This document shows positions 39,058 through 50,669 of a stretch of 64,000 bases of DNA, piece by piece; positions within the stretch are counted from its first letter, which is position 1; each line of letters opens with the position of its first letter. Both the position numbers and the translations under genes were made by a program. The stretch spans positions 1-64,000 of the forward strand of contig JAKFCT010000015.1 of assembly GCA_036676495.1 (NCBI GenBank), read 5' to 3'. A model generated the notes under the pieces. The model did no database searches. It saw only the letters and a list, made by a program, of their open reading frames with translations, and was not told where the DNA came from. The stretch comes from Candidatus Sericytochromatia bacterium. GTDB lineage: Bacteria > Cyanobacteriota > Sericytochromatia > S15B-MN24 > UBA4093.

Positions 39058-39876
39058 TCACAAAACGTCCGCGAACCCCTTCTTGGTTTTCAAAAACCAA
39101 AGGTACCCCAGAACGCAAACCAGCCCCCCAGAGACGGTCAACGCGGCCAGCGCCCCGCCGGAGGGCAAAGCGCCCTCCAGGAAGACGCGACGATACGCCT
39201 CAATCAAGACCGCCATCGGGTTTACCGCGACCCACCACTGATACTGTGCCGGCACCATCGCGGCGGGATACATGATGGGGGTGACGAACATCCAGGCCGT
39301 AAGCACCAAGCCGATCAGCTGTCCGATATCCCTGACGTAGACTCCGAAGCTCGCCAAGAACCAACTGAGGCCCAACGTCCAGGCAAGCTGAGGCACGATC
39401 AAGAGTGGCGCGAGCAGCCAAGTCCACGAGACCGGAACCCCCTTCGCCAGCGCGGCTGCAAGCAGGACCAGCATCCCGATGGCCTGGGTCACCAGTGCTG
39501 CGAGCACGACATTCAGCGGAAGCACCTCGAGCGGAAAGACCACCTTCTTGACGAGATTGACATTTCCCAGGATTACCGTGGTCGAGCGCTGGACCCCTTC
39601 GCTGAATGCCAGCCATGGCAACATTCCGCAGAACAAGTAGAGCGCGAACGAGGCGGTATCATCCCCGGCGCCGAGCTTGACCTTCAAGATGACCGAGAAG
39701 ACAAACGTATAAAGCGCTAACATGGCCAAGGGATTGAGGACGGCCCAGAGCCCCCCCATGATGGAGCCTCGATACCGGGCCGCAAGATCTCGTGCAACCA
39801 TCATGCCAATCAGGTGTCGATGGTCATGTAAGCGCAAGAACGCCGCCACAGAATGGTTAAAGGGCCTAATACCCAT
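39058..39876 (-). CDS. wzm: ABC polysaccharide exporter permease
   Basis: RYRGSIMGGLW, KKVVFP, RDIGQ, TPIMYP, FADVL. Confidence 0.95.
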   Translation of the reverse strand: MGIRPFNHSVAAFLRLHDHRHLIGMMVARDLAARYRGSIMGGLWAVLNPLAMLALYTFVFSVILKVKLGAGDDTASFALYLFCGMLPWLAFSEGVQRSTTVILGNVNLVKKVVFPLEVLPLNVVLAALVTQAIGMLVLLAAALAKGVPVSWTWLLAPLLIVPQLAWTLGLSWFLASFGVYVRDIGQLIGLVLTAWMFVTPIMYPAAMVPAQYQWWVAVNPMAVLIEAYRRVFLEGALPSGGALAALTVSGGLVCVLGYLWFLKTKKGFADVL

Positions 39877-39905
39877 TATTGTTGAGCCTGCAGACGCATA
39901 CAGGC

Positions 39906-39934
39906 ATTATAGGCGCCCCCCTTCGCGAGTTCAA
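39906..39934 (-). promoter_or_regulatory. sigma70-type promoter of the wzm-wzt operon
   Basis: Minus strand TTGAAC-N17-TATAAT. Confidence 0.75.
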
Positions 39935-40073
39935 GCCCAAGGGACGCGCAGACGAACGCCCAGCCTCGGCTTCCACCCAGCAATTGCGCGACTCGTGAAG
40001 CCAGCGCCTGCTCCAACCAATTGACCATGGTACGATGGAGCCCTGAGTACGCCACACCCAGGAGAAATCGAAC

Positions 40074-40862
40074 TTGAGTCCCGTTCTTTCGGTGGTGGTC
40101 CCCGTCTTCAACGAGCGCGACACGCTGGAGAACCTCCTCGCGCGCGTCGAAGCCGTACCGCTGTCCAAGGAGATCATCCTCGTCGATGACGGCTCCACGG
40201 ACGGAACCCGAGACCTCCTTCAGCGCTACATGGCGCGCCCCGGCTACCACGTCGTACTCCAGCCGCGCAATCAAGGGAAAGGTTCGGCCCTACGGGAAGG
40301 CTTCCGGCATGCCACCGGCCAGATCGTCGTCGTCCAGGATGCGGACCTCGAGTACAATCCGGCCGAATACCCCAAGCTGATCCAGCCCATCCTCGACGAT
40401 CTGGCCGACGTGGTCTACGGGTCGCGGTTCGCCGGCTATCCGCGCCGGGTGCTTTACTTCTGGCATTCAGTGGGCAACAAGTTCCTGACGCTGGTCTCGA
40501 ACATGCTGACCGACCTCAACCTGACGGACATGGAGACGTGCTACAAGGTCTTCCGCCGCGAGATCATCCAGGGGATGCCCTTGCGTTCGCAGCGCTTCGG
40601 GTTCGAGCCCGAGATCACGGTGAAGTTGGCCAAGGCGAAATACCGCATCTACGAGGTTCCGATCTCGTACGCGGGACGCACCTACGAGGAAGGCAAGAAG
40701 ATCGGCTGGAAGGACGCCGTCGACGCCATGTGGACCCTGCTCTACTTCACCTTCCTCGATCGCACTCCCATCCCAAGGGCCACGCTCACCCGGCTCATCC
40801 CCTCGGCGATGCCCCCCGACGCAACCGCCCCCATGGAGCGCCCGCACGAGGTCAGCGAGTAA
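40074..40862 (+). CDS. GT2 DPM1-like polyprenyl-phosphate glycosyltransferase
   Basis: [45 protein letters not shown]; TTG start after AGGAG. Confidence 0.9.
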   Translation: MSPVLSVVVPVFNERDTLENLLARVEAVPLSKEIILVDDGSTDGTRDLLQRYMARPGYHVVLQPRNQGKGSALREGFRHATGQIVVVQDADLEYNPAEYPKLIQPILDDLADVVYGSRFAGYPRRVLYFWHSVGNKFLTLVSNMLTDLNLTDMETCYKVFRREIIQGMPLRSQRFGFEPEITVKLAKAKYRIYEVPISYAGRTYEEGKKIGWKDAVDAMWTLLYFTFLDRTPIPRATLTRLIPSAMPPDATAPMERPHEVSE

Positions 40863-41590
40863 TGGCAGAGCCGCTCTCCCGGGATATTGGCCACGAAACG
40901 CTCAGCCGGATCGCCGATGCGCTCAATCGCTACAACGATTGGATGTACGAGCAGATCGCCCCGCACCTCGGGGAAAGAGTCCTCGAGATCGGCTCCGGGA
41001 TCGGCAATCTCTCGACCTACTTGCAGGAGCGCGAGCACCTCACGTTGAGCGACATTTCCCCCGCTTACCTGGAAATTCTGCGGGAGCGTTTCGGATCTGA
41101 CCCGGCCGTCGAGATCCGGCACTGGGATCTCACGGAGGAGCCCCCACCCGAGCTGGCTCCGGCGACGTTCGATACCGTCGTCTGCCTGAACGTGCTCGAG
41201 CATGTCGCGGAGGATCATGCCGCCCTGAGGCGCATCCACCGGCTCTTGCGACCGGGAGGCAAGCTTATCTTGCTGGTTCCCGCGCATCCGTTCTTGTACA
41301 ATCAGTTCGATCGGGGGCTCGAGCACTATCGGCGCTACGACCGAAAGGGCTTGCGAGCGTGCTTGATCCGGAACGGCTACCACCCAGAACGGCTCTGGTA
41401 TTTTAACGCGCTCGGAGCCCTCGGCTGGTTTTTCAACGGCAGCTTGCTACGCCGCAAGCTCCTCCCGTCCGGCCAGATGAGGTTGTTCGATCGCCTGGTT
41501 CCCTTCTTGAAGTGGGAACGCCTGTTGGGCCCCCCTTTCGGTATCTCCGTCATCGCCGTCGCTCGGACGCCTGATGACTTGCTCACCTAG
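40862..41590 (+). CDS. Class I SAM-dependent methyltransferase
   Basis: VLEIGSGIG, CLNVLEH, LRPGG, HYRRY; TAATG overlap with the upstream GT2. Confidence 0.85.
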   Translation: MAEPLSRDIGHETLSRIADALNRYNDWMYEQIAPHLGERVLEIGSGIGNLSTYLQEREHLTLSDISPAYLEILRERFGSDPAVEIRHWDLTEEPPPELAPATFDTVVCLNVLEHVAEDHAALRRIHRLLRPGGKLILLVPAHPFLYNQFDRGLEHYRRYDRKGLRACLIRNGYHPERLWYFNALGALGWFFNGSLLRRKLLPSGQMRLFDRLVPFLKWERLLGPPFGISVIAVARTPDDLLT

Positions 41591-41600
41591 GAAGCCGCTC

Positions 41601-42584
41601 ATGCACCATCCGCCTTGCCTCACGATCATCATCCCGGTCTACAACGAAGAGCCCACCCTTTCCGAGCTTCACCGCCGGCTGACGGCCGCCGCGCAAGGCT
41701 TCGAGGTGAGCTACGAGCTGCTCTTCGTCAATGACGGAAGCCGCGATCGCAGCGGCGCGATCCTGCACGAGTTGGCCCTCGAAGACTCCCACGTCCGCGT
41801 GATCGACTTCGCCCGCAACTTCGGCCACCAGATCGCCATCACGGCCGGCATGGATCATGCCAGTGGGGAGGCCGTGGTCGTCATCGACGCCGACTTGCAA
41901 GATCCCCCCGAAGTCATCGGGCAGATGCTCGACAAGTGGCGCGAAGGCTACGACGTCGTCTACGCCGTGCGAGAGAAGCGGGAAGGCGATACGGTCTTCA
42001 AGCGTGCGACGGCGGCCCTCTTCTATCGCCTCCTGCGCCGCATCACCAACGTCGACATCCCCCTCGACACAGGCGATTTCCGGCTCATGAGCCGCCGGGC
42101 CATCGAGGCGATGAAGCTCTTCCGCGAGCGAAACCGCTTCGTCCGCGGCCTGGTCAGCTGGATCGGCTTCCGCCAAACCGGCATCACCTTCGTCCGACAC
42201 GAGCGCTTCGCAGGTGAGACCAAGTACCCGCTGAAGAAGATGATCCGCTTTGCCCTCGACGGCATCGTCTCCTTCTCCTACCTTCCGCTACAGCTTGCCA
42301 CGTTCTTCGGCTTCGTCGCCTCCGGGCTGAGCTTCCTGGGGATCCTCTGGGTCGTCTACCTCCGGCTCTTTACCAGCCAGACCATCACCGGCTGGGCCTC
42401 CATGATGGTCATCGTGCTCTTCCTCGGCGGCATCCAGCTGATCACCCTGGGGGTCATCGGCGAGTACATCGGGCGGATCTACGACGAGGTCAAGCGCCGG
42501 CCGCTTTACCTCATCCAGGAACTCGTCGGCTTCCGGCGCGATCCCGCGGTTCCCGAGGAGTCGCCCTCTCCCTCGGAACGCTGA
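41601..42584 (+). CDS. GT2 polyprenyl-phosphate glycosyltransferase (GtrB/ArnC-like)
   Basis: IPVYNEE, NDGSRD, RNFGHQ, DADLQDPP, TGDFRLM, two TM helices, GEYIGRIY. Confidence 0.92.
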   Translation: MHHPPCLTIIIPVYNEEPTLSELHRRLTAAAQGFEVSYELLFVNDGSRDRSGAILHELALEDSHVRVIDFARNFGHQIAITAGMDHASGEAVVVIDADLQDPPEVIGQMLDKWREGYDVVYAVREKREGDTVFKRATAALFYRLLRRITNVDIPLDTGDFRLMSRRAIEAMKLFRERNRFVRGLVSWIGFRQTGITFVRHERFAGETKYPLKKMIRFALDGIVSFSYLPLQLATFFGFVASGLSFLGILWVVYLRLFTSQTITGWASMMVIVLFLGGIQLITLGVIGEYIGRIYDEVKRRPLYLIQELVGFRRDPAVPEESPSPSER

Positions 42585-43711
42585 TGCGCATCGCCCTCTA
42601 CGCGAACCCCATCCTCGATCGCGGAGTCGGAGTGGGGACCTACTGCACGGAACTGGCCCGACACCTGCCCCAGGTGGCGCCCGATGACGAATTCGTCCTC
42701 TTTTACAACTCTTTCAAGCGACCGAGCGAGGCGGGCCCGGTGCTGCGGGAACTCGTCCAGACCCCCAACGTCCGGGTCCAGTTGAACCTCGGAATCAAAC
42801 GGGCGATCGCCAAGGCATGGCGCTTCGGCTTCCCCCCGGTCGAACTCTTCACGGGCCCCCTCGACGTCTACCACGGGACCAATTGCTTCGCGGCCCCGAC
42901 CCGCCGGGCCCGCAAGGTCGTCACCGTTCACGACCTGACCCCCCTGCTCTTCCCCCAGTGGCATACCCGTGAGGTTCAAGGCTACGCCCACGAGCTCCGG
43001 CGCACCATTCACCAGCCGGACCTGATCGTCGCGGATTCGGAAGCCACCCGCCGCGACCTGGAACGTCACCTGGGCGTGGCCCCGGAGCGGGTCAGGGTGG
43101 TCCCCCTCGCGGCGGGCAGCCACTTTCACCCCCCCGATCCGGCCACTCTCCCGGACATCCTCGCGCGCCACGGGATCCAGCGCCCCTACGTCCTGCATAC
43201 CGGGACCCTCGAGCCCCGCAAGAACCTGGTTCGCCTTCTCAACGCCTTCGCCCGAACCACCCGAGACCATGATCTCGTCCTGGTCGGCACCAAGGGCTGG
43301 CTGAGCGACGAGATCCACGCGACGATCGCGAAGCTGCGCCTCGCGGATCGGGTTCGCCTCACCGGGTACGTGCCCCGCGAGGACCTGCCGGCGATCTACG
43401 CCGGAGCCGAGGCCTTCTGCTATCCGTCGCTATACGAGGGATTTGGCCTCCCTCCGCTGGAGGCGATGGCCTGCGGCACGCCCGTGATCACGAGCAACGT
43501 CTCTTCCCTGCCTGAAGTCGTGGGCTCGGCGGCCGTCTTGGTGGACCCTCATGAGGAGGAGAGCCTCTCAGAGGCCCTCCAGCGCGTGCTCGGTGATGCG
43601 GACCTGAGACAGCGTCTCCGCGAGCGCGGCCTCGAGCAGGCGAGCCGCTTCGCCTGGGAACGCACCGCCCGCGAGACGCACGCGGCCTACCGGGAGGCGT
43701 TTGAGGGATGA
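42584..43711 (+). CDS. GT4 glycosyltransferase
   Basis: [33 protein letters not shown]. Confidence 0.92.
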   Translation: MRIALYANPILDRGVGVGTYCTELARHLPQVAPDDEFVLFYNSFKRPSEAGPVLRELVQTPNVRVQLNLGIKRAIAKAWRFGFPPVELFTGPLDVYHGTNCFAAPTRRARKVVTVHDLTPLLFPQWHTREVQGYAHELRRTIHQPDLIVADSEATRRDLERHLGVAPERVRVVPLAAGSHFHPPDPATLPDILARHGIQRPYVLHTGTLEPRKNLVRLLNAFARTTRDHDLVLVGTKGWLSDEIHATIAKLRLADRVRLTGYVPREDLPAIYAGAEAFCYPSLYEGFGLPPLEAMACGTPVITSNVSSLPEVVGSAAVLVDPHEEESLSEALQRVLGDADLRQRLRERGLEQASRFAWERTARETHAAYREAFEG

Positions 43712-44793
43712 GGATCGCCATCGACATTCGAACGGTCCAAGCGCAACGCGCCGGGATCGGCATCTATACGCAGCTGCTCCTCGAGGGTTTGGCGGCCATC
43801 AGGCAGCAGGAAACCTTCACGCTGGTTGGAGCTCCGGATACCTGCTGGGATCTGCTGCCGTCGGGCCCCGGCTTCCGCCACGTGACCCTGGGCGGCCCCG
43901 GAGCCTTCTGGCACGTCAAGGCCGCGGCAATCGCCCGAGGGATGGACGTTTACCATTCCCCCAGCAGCCTCTTCGTGCCGCTGATGGTGCCGGATCGATC
44001 CGTGCTGACGGTTCACGATCTGGTGCCGTTTCTCATGCCCGAGGTCAGCAGCGCGAAGACCTGGTGGACCCACCGGGTGTTTCAGCGGACCGTGACGCAG
44101 CTCCGCGCCGTGATCACAGACTCCGAGAGCACGGCGCAGGACCTCAAGGACATGCTTCCCGCCTTGGCGCCCCCCATCGAGACCATCCACCTGGCTCCGC
44201 GCCCGGCCTTCCGCCCTGCGGACCCGCCCCAGCTGCCGCTCCCGTTCGACTATTACCTGGCGGTCGGGACCCTGGAGCCCCGGAAGAACCTTCCCATGTT
44301 GCTGAGAGCCTACCGCAAGGCCACCGACGCCGCCCCCGATCTTCCCAAGCTGGTGATTGCCGGCAAGCTGGGCTGGAAGAACGCGGAATTCGAGGCCCTG
44401 CTGGCGGATCCCTGGCTGCGTGAGCGGGTTCACCTGGCCGGGTACGTGAGCGATGCAGAACTGCTGGCGCTGTTTCAAGGGGCGATCGCCTTCGTCTACC
44501 CCTCCCTCTACGAAGGCTTCGGCCTTCCGGTGCTGGAAGCCATGGCGTGCGGCACGCCGGTGGTCACGTCCTCGTGCTCGTCGTTGCCGGAGGTGGGGGG
44601 AGCGGCGGCGCTTTACGTCGATCCCAGGGATGAGGCGGAGTGGAGTGCGACGTTATTGCGGGTCCGGGATCCGGGCGTGAGGGCGGCGTTATCCCGAGCC
44701 GGGATCGCGCAGGCGGCGCGCTTCAGCTGGACGGAGACCGCCCGTCGGACGCTCGCGGTCTACCATGAGGTCCATGCCCGGGCCCGGCGTTGA
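43708..44793 (+). CDS. GT4 glycosyltransferase
   Basis: [33 protein letters not shown]; paralog of the upstream gene. Confidence 0.92.
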   Translation: MRIAIDIRTVQAQRAGIGIYTQLLLEGLAAIRQQETFTLVGAPDTCWDLLPSGPGFRHVTLGGPGAFWHVKAAAIARGMDVYHSPSSLFVPLMVPDRSVLTVHDLVPFLMPEVSSAKTWWTHRVFQRTVTQLRAVITDSESTAQDLKDMLPALAPPIETIHLAPRPAFRPADPPQLPLPFDYYLAVGTLEPRKNLPMLLRAYRKATDAAPDLPKLVIAGKLGWKNAEFEALLADPWLRERVHLAGYVSDAELLALFQGAIAFVYPSLYEGFGLPVLEAMACGTPVVTSSCSSLPEVGGAAALYVDPRDEAEWSATLLRVRDPGVRAALSRAGIAQAARFSWTETARRTLAVYHEVHARARR

Positions 44794-44828
44794 CCGAGAA
44801 GTGACGAATTTCCTCTTTCCCCCGTCCC

Positions 44829-44857
44829 TTGCTCCATCCTCCCGACCATCCTACAAT
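44829..44857 (+). promoter_or_regulatory. sigma70-type promoter upstream of the thymidylyltransferase
   Basis: TTGCTC-N17-TACAAT. Confidence 0.55.
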
Positions 44858-44925
44858 GAAGCAGATCCAAGGGATTGCGCCGATAGGGACCGGGGATGAT
44901 CCCCAGAGAAAGGGCAAGCAACCAT

Positions 44926-45996
44926 ATGAAAGGGTTGATCCTGAGCGGGGGCAAAGGGACGCGCCTGCGCCCCATCACCCATACCGCCGCCAAGCAACTC
45001 GTCCCGGTGGCCAACAAGCCGATCTTGTTCTATGCCATCGAGGCCATGCGGGATGCCGGGATCCGCGAGATCGGCATCATCATCGGGGACACCGGCCCCG
45101 AGGTGCGGGCGGCCGTGGGCGACGGGTCGGCCTGGGGCGTTGCGATCACCTACATCCCCCAGGAGGCGCCGCTGGGCCTCGCGCATGCGGTCAAAATCTC
45201 CGAGGAGTTCATGGCCGGCTCGCCCTTCGTCATGTACCTGGGCGACAACCTGATCCGCGGCGGCATCACCTCCTTCGTCAAGGACTTCGAGGCCCAGAAG
45301 CCCGATGCCCTGATCCTGCTGGCCAAGGTCCCCAACCCCAACCAGTTCGGCGTGGCCGTGCTCAACGGCGAGGGGCGGGTGATCAACCTCGAGGAGAAAC
45401 CCAAGCAGCCCAAGAGCGACCTGGCCTTGGTGGGCGTCTACCTCTTCACCGAGACCATCTTCAAGGCGGTCAACGCCATCCAGCCCTCGCCCCGCGGGGA
45501 GCTCGAGATCACGGACGCCATCCAGTGGCTGATCGACCAGGGCTACCGGGTCAACCCCCACCTCGTCACGGGCTGGTGGAAGGACACCGGGAAGCTTTCC
45601 GACATGCTGGAAGCCAACCGCATCATGCTCGACGACCTCAAGGAAACGGTCGTGGACGGCGAGCTGATCGGAGAGTGCCAGATCCAGGGCCGGGTGGTCA
45701 TCAGCAAGGGCGCGCGCCTTGAGAATTGCATCGTGCGCGGGCCGGCCGTGATCGGCGAGAACTGCACGCTGACCAACACGTACGTCGGGCCCTACACCGC
45801 CATCAACCGGGGCGTGACCATCACCAACGCCGAGATCGAGCACTCGATCATCCTGGAGGGCTCGTCGATCCTGGATATCAACGGCCGGATCACGGACTCC
45901 CTCTTGGGCAAGAACGTCGAGGTCACCCGCGGCGAGATCAAGCCCAAGGCCTACCGCTTGATGCTGGGGGACAACTCCCAGTTCAGCATCATCTAG
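44926..45996 (+). CDS. rfbA: Glucose-1-phosphate thymidylyltransferase, long form
   Basis: LSGGKGTRLRP..AKQLVPVANKP, YLGDN, LEEKP, RGELEITD, WWKDTG, C-terminal beta-helix repeats. Confidence 0.92.
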   Translation: MKGLILSGGKGTRLRPITHTAAKQLVPVANKPILFYAIEAMRDAGIREIGIIIGDTGPEVRAAVGDGSAWGVAITYIPQEAPLGLAHAVKISEEFMAGSPFVMYLGDNLIRGGITSFVKDFEAQKPDALILLAKVPNPNQFGVAVLNGEGRVINLEEKPKQPKSDLALVGVYLFTETIFKAVNAIQPSPRGELEITDAIQWLIDQGYRVNPHLVTGWWKDTGKLSDMLEANRIMLDDLKETVVDGELIGECQIQGRVVISKGARLENCIVRGPAVIGENCTLTNTYVGPYTAINRGVTITNAEIEHSIILEGSSILDINGRITDSLLGKNVEVTRGEIKPKAYRLMLGDNSQFSII

Positions 45997-46054
45997 CGCC
46001 CAGGGCGGTTTCGAAAGGCCGTGGGCCTAAAGAAGCGATTGAAAGTGAGTCGAC

Positions 46055-47065
46055 ATGAAACTCTTGATTACCGGTGGCGCGGGGTTCATCGGCAGCAACC
46101 TCGTCCGGCACATGGTCAACCAATATCCTCAGTACCACGTCGTCAACCTCGATGCCCTGACTTATGCGGGCAACAAGGACTCCCTGAAGGATCTCGAAGG
46201 CAAAAGCAACTACCAGTTCATCCACGGGGATATCTGTGACGCCGAGCTGATCGACAGGGTGATGCAGGGCGTGGGAGCGGTGCTGCACCTGGCGGCCGAG
46301 TCCCACGTCGACCGTAGTATCACGGATCCCGGCTCCTTCGTGCGCACCAACGTCATGGGCACGCAGGTCCTCTTGGATGCCGCCAAGCGGCATGGGGTGG
46401 AGCGCTTCGTCCATGTCTCGACCGACGAGGTCTACGGGTCACTCGGGCCGACGGGCTTCTTCACCGAGGAGACGCCTCTTTCTCCCAATAGCCCGTACTC
46501 GGCCTCCAAGGCGGGCTCGGACCTTCTCGCGCGGGCGTACTTCGAGACCTTCAAGTTCCCGACCCTCATCACCCGCTGCTCCAACAACTACGGCCCCTAT
46601 CAGTTCCCCGAGAAGCTGATCCCCTTGTTCATCACCAACCTGATGGCGGATCAGCAGGTGCCCGTCTACGGGGACGGCCTCAACGTCCGGGACTGGCTGC
46701 ACGTCGAGGACCACTGCCGGGCCATCGACGCCGTGCTTCACAAGGGTACGCCCGGTGAGGTCTACAACATCGGCGGCAACAACGAGAAGACCAACATGGA
46801 GATCACCCGGACCATCCTCTCCAAGCTGAACAAGCCCGAGAGCCTGATCCGCTACGTTCAGGACCGGCCCGGCCACGACAAGCGCTACGCCATCGACGCC
46901 GGCAAGATGAAGCGCGAGCTCGGCTGGGAGCCCCAGTACACCTTCGAGACGGGCATCGACCAGACCATCCAGTGGTTCCTCACCAACGAGGCCTGGTGGC
47001 GTCCGCTCAAGCAACGGGGGCTCGATGCACAGCGCGAGAAAGCCAACCAAGCGGTCAAGGCGTAG
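46055..47065 (+). CDS. rfbB: dTDP-glucose 4,6-dehydratase
   Basis: [50 protein letters not shown]. Confidence 0.96.
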   Translation: MKLLITGGAGFIGSNLVRHMVNQYPQYHVVNLDALTYAGNKDSLKDLEGKSNYQFIHGDICDAELIDRVMQGVGAVLHLAAESHVDRSITDPGSFVRTNVMGTQVLLDAAKRHGVERFVHVSTDEVYGSLGPTGFFTEETPLSPNSPYSASKAGSDLLARAYFETFKFPTLITRCSNNYGPYQFPEKLIPLFITNLMADQQVPVYGDGLNVRDWLHVEDHCRAIDAVLHKGTPGEVYNIGGNNEKTNMEITRTILSKLNKPESLIRYVQDRPGHDKRYAIDAGKMKRELGWEPQYTFETGIDQTIQWFLTNEAWWRPLKQRGLDAQREKANQAVKA

Positions 47066-47074
47066 GATCCAGAG

Positions 47075-48481
47075 TTGAAGGTCTGCGTCATCGGCACGGG
47101 CTACGTGGGGCTGATCACGGGGACGTGCCTGGCCTACCTGGGGCATGAGGTCGTCTGCGTGGACCAGAACCCCCAGACGATCGCCATGCTCGACGCGGGC
47201 AAGAGCCCGATTTACGAGCCGGGACTCGAGAGCCTGCTAGCCCTGGGGACAAGCCGAAAATCGCTGACGTTCACCATGGACCTGGCCGAGGCCGTGAGAA
47301 GCGCGAAGGTCGTTTTCATCGCGGTGGGCACTCCGCCCTTGCCCAGCGGAGAGCCGGACCTCCAGCACGTGGAGGCGGTCGCTCGGGAAATCGGGGCGGC
47401 GGTTGATGATCAAGACATCCGGGTCATCGTCAACAAGAGCACCGTGCCCATCGGCTCGGGCAACTGGGTCGAGAGGCTGGTAGAGGAGGGCGCGAGCGCT
47501 CATCGTCCCGTTCCGGCGGGAACGGGGAGACAGGTGGCCCCCGAGGCCCACGCTCCTAGGTTTCTGGTCGCCTCCAACCCCGAGTTCCTGCGGGAGGGGT
47601 CGGCCATCGGGGACACGCTTTACCCGGATCGCATCGTCATCGGGGCGCAAGCCCCCGAAGCCGCCTCGGTGCTTCGCGAGCTCTACGCCCCCTTGCTCGA
47701 TCAGTCCTTCGAGGCTCCGAGCGTCGCCCCGCGGCCCGAGGGCATGCGGTCGGTCCCACTTTTGACCACGGACCTGGCCTCAGCCGAGATGATCAAGTAC
47801 GCGGCCAATGCCTTTCTCGCCACGAAGATCAGCTTCATCAACGAGATAGCCAATCTCTGCGAGAAGGTGGGGGCGGACGTCACCCAGGTGGCCACGGGCA
47901 TCGGGCTGGATACCCGCATTGGAAGCGATTTCCTGAATGCCGGAGCGGGCTGGGGCGGCTCGTGCTTCGGCAAGGACGTCTCGGCGCTGATCAGCATCGG
48001 CAGGGAATACCAGCACGAGATGGAGTTGCTCAAGGCGACCGTCGCGGTCAATGCAAACCAGCGCCAGCGCCTGATCCAGAAGCTTCAAGAAGCCCTATCG
48101 ATCCTCAAGGGCAAGACCATTGGGATTTTGGGTCTCGCCTTCAAGCCCAATACCGACGACATGAGAGATGCTCCGGCCCTGGATGTCGCCCGGCAGCTGA
48201 TCAAGACGGGATCCCGGGTCAAGGCCTACGATCCGGTCGCCATGCCCCGTTGCCGGCAGCAGCATCCCGACCTGGAGATCCATTACACTGAGACCATCGA
48301 GGAGCTCGCCGTCGGTTGCGACGCCTTGGTGCTCATGACCGAGTGGGACGATTTCAAGACCATGGACCTCACGGTCGTGAGAGGGCTCATGCGCACGCCG
48401 ATCCTCTTGGATGCCCGGAATGCCCTGTTACCGGCGGTTTGCCAGAACCACGGGTTCCACTACATGGGGGTGGGAAGATGA
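47075..48481 (+). CDS. ugd: UDP-glucose 6-dehydrogenase
   Basis: [54 protein letters not shown]. Confidence 0.95.
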   Translation: MKVCVIGTGYVGLITGTCLAYLGHEVVCVDQNPQTIAMLDAGKSPIYEPGLESLLALGTSRKSLTFTMDLAEAVRSAKVVFIAVGTPPLPSGEPDLQHVEAVAREIGAAVDDQDIRVIVNKSTVPIGSGNWVERLVEEGASAHRPVPAGTGRQVAPEAHAPRFLVASNPEFLREGSAIGDTLYPDRIVIGAQAPEAASVLRELYAPLLDQSFEAPSVAPRPEGMRSVPLLTTDLASAEMIKYAANAFLATKISFINEIANLCEKVGADVTQVATGIGLDTRIGSDFLNAGAGWGGSCFGKDVSALISIGREYQHEMELLKATVAVNANQRQRLIQKLQEALSILKGKTIGILGLAFKPNTDDMRDAPALDVARQLIKTGSRVKAYDPVAMPRCRQQHPDLEIHYTETIEELAVGCDALVLMTEWDDFKTMDLTVVRGLMRTPILLDARNALLPAVCQNHGFHYMGVGR

Positions 48482-49443
48482 CTTCAGCAAAACGGGTCCT
48501 CGTCGCAGGGGGAGCAGGGTTCATCGGGTCTCACCTGGTGGATCGGCTCTTGGCCGAGGGATTCCAGGTCGTGGCCGTCGATAACCTGATCACGGGTTCG
48601 CTCGCCAACATCGCGCATGTCCGAGAGCACCCGGCCTTCGAGTTCCTTCACCATGACGTCTGTCATCCCCTCGTTCTCGACGGGCCGCTCGACTGGGTCT
48701 TGAACCTCGCCAGTCCCGCCAGCCCCATCGACTACCTCAAGCTGCCGCTGGAGACGCTCAAGGTCGGCGCCATGGGCTCATTCTCCCTCCTGGAGCTCGC
48801 CCGGAGCAAAGGAGCCAAGTACCTCTTCGCCTCGACCTCCGAGGTCTACGGGGACCCGCTGGTGCATCCTCAGGAGGAGGCTTATTGGGGCAACGTGAAC
48901 CCCATCGGGCCTCGATCGGTTTACGACGAAGCCAAGCGCTACGGCGAAGCCGTGACCATGGCGTACCTGCGCGAGTACGGGGTCGACACCCGGATCGTCC
49001 GGATCTTCAACACCTACGGTCCGCGTAACCGCGCCGACGACGGTCGGGTGGTGCCCAGCTTCATCAACCAGGCCCTGCGCGGAGAACCGCTCACGGTCTT
49101 CGGGGACGGCTCGCAGACCCGCAGCTTCCAGTACGTCTCGGATCTGGTGGACGGGATCCGCCGTCTGATGGATGCACCGATCACCGAGCCGGTGAACATC
49201 GGGAACCCCACCGAGCTCACGGTGCTGGAATTCGCCCAGCTCATCCTGACGTTGACGGGTAGTCAGAGCCCCCTCGAGCACCGCCCGCTTCCTCAGGACG
49301 ATCCCAAGGTTCGGCGACCGGATATCTCTCGGGCCAAGACCCTCCTCGGTTGGGAGCCCCGAGTTCCGGTCGAAGCGGGGCTTACCGAAACGATCCGCTG
49401 GTATCGGGACCATGCGGAAGGAAGCCCCCACGTTATCGCCTAG
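48478..49443 (+). CDS. UDP-glucuronate decarboxylase (UDP-xylose synthase) family SDR
   Basis: [62 protein letters not shown]; ATGA overlap with ugd. Confidence 0.9.
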   Translation: MTSAKRVLVAGGAGFIGSHLVDRLLAEGFQVVAVDNLITGSLANIAHVREHPAFEFLHHDVCHPLVLDGPLDWVLNLASPASPIDYLKLPLETLKVGAMGSFSLLELARSKGAKYLFASTSEVYGDPLVHPQEEAYWGNVNPIGPRSVYDEAKRYGEAVTMAYLREYGVDTRIVRIFNTYGPRNRADDGRVVPSFINQALRGEPLTVFGDGSQTRSFQYVSDLVDGIRRLMDAPITEPVNIGNPTELTVLEFAQLILTLTGSQSPLEHRPLPQDDPKVRRPDISRAKTLLGWEPRVPVEAGLTETIRWYRDHAEGSPHVIA

Positions 49444-49466
49444 AAGACACGGAGAAAGACCACTGC

Positions 49467-50582
49467 ATGCGCGTCGGGATCGACGGGCGGATGCTCTACC
49501 ATACGGGGATCGGCCGCTACATCCAGAACCTACTCACCTACATGCCCCGCGAAGGCGTAGAGGTCGTCGCCTGGCTCAATGAGCAGGGGATGGCCGACGA
49601 TCGGCTGTCGAATCCGCACCTGGAGCGGCGTCTCAGCAACTTGCCGGTCTTTCATCCGTACGAGCACTGGGCGATCGCCCAAGACGCCAAGGACGCCAAC
49701 CTGGATCTGCTGCATGCGCCGCACTACAACGCCCCCTTCTTCTACCGCGGCCGGCTCGTCGTGACGATCCACGACCTCATCCCCCTGCGCTGTCCAGGGA
49801 CCATGAGGATCAAAGCGGCGGAAGGTTACTTCGCGGCGCTGGTGAAACGATCGGTATCGCGTGCGGACCGGGTGATCGCCGTGTCGAATTACACCCGCGC
49901 GGACGTCCTTGATTTCACCCGGGCCTCCGAGTCGAAGGTGGTGCCGGTCCTGCAAGGGGTGGATCTCAAGTACGAACGAGAGGTTCCGCAGGACGCCCTT
50001 CGGGAGATCCGGGAGCGCCACGGCCTGACGCAGCGCTATCTGCTCTATGCGGGGCAGCAGAAACCCTACAAGAACGTCGGCCTGCTCTTGGAGGTGCTGA
50101 AGCGCCTGCGCTCCGAGGAGAGCACCGCGGACGTGAAGCTGGTCCTGGTCGGGGCCCGGGATAAGAGCGCGGATCTGGAATCGGCGATCGCCAATCTGGG
50201 CCTCGATTCGGCGGTGGTCCAGCCGGGCTACATCCGGGACGAGGAGCAGCTGATCGCCCTTTACCAAGGGGCGAGCGTCTTCGTTTTCCCCTCGCGCTAC
50301 GAGGGATTCGGGTTGCCGCCGCTCGAAGCCATGGCCGCAGGTGTCCCCGTCGTCTCGTCGAACCGCACGTCTCTGCCCGAGGTGGTGGGGAACGCCGGGC
50401 TATTAGTGGATCCCGACGATGTGCTAGAATGGACCCGATCGATCAAGCGGGTATTGAGCGAGGACGCCCTTCGCGCCACGCTGATCGACGCAGGACGCAG
50501 GCGCGTGCGTGAATTCAGCTGGCAACGCACCGCCGATGCGACCCTGGATGTGTATCGATCGGCAATCAACGCGCGCGGCTAA
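49467..50582 (+). CDS. GT4 glycosyltransferase
   Basis: [29 protein letters not shown]. Confidence 0.92.
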   Translation: MRVGIDGRMLYHTGIGRYIQNLLTYMPREGVEVVAWLNEQGMADDRLSNPHLERRLSNLPVFHPYEHWAIAQDAKDANLDLLHAPHYNAPFFYRGRLVVTIHDLIPLRCPGTMRIKAAEGYFAALVKRSVSRADRVIAVSNYTRADVLDFTRASESKVVPVLQGVDLKYEREVPQDALREIRERHGLTQRYLLYAGQQKPYKNVGLLLEVLKRLRSEESTADVKLVLVGARDKSADLESAIANLGLDSAVVQPGYIRDEEQLIALYQGASVFVFPSRYEGFGLPPLEAMAAGVPVVSSNRTSLPEVVGNAGLLVDPDDVLEWTRSIKRVLSEDALRATLIDAGRRRVREFSWQRTADATLDVYRSAINARG

Positions 50583-50669
50583 TCCGTCTGGAAACGTCAG
50601 CGCCCGGGGCTTGTCGAAGGGCCCACAGCTAATCCGAAGCGCCCGCGGCTTATTCAATAGGAAACGGCA

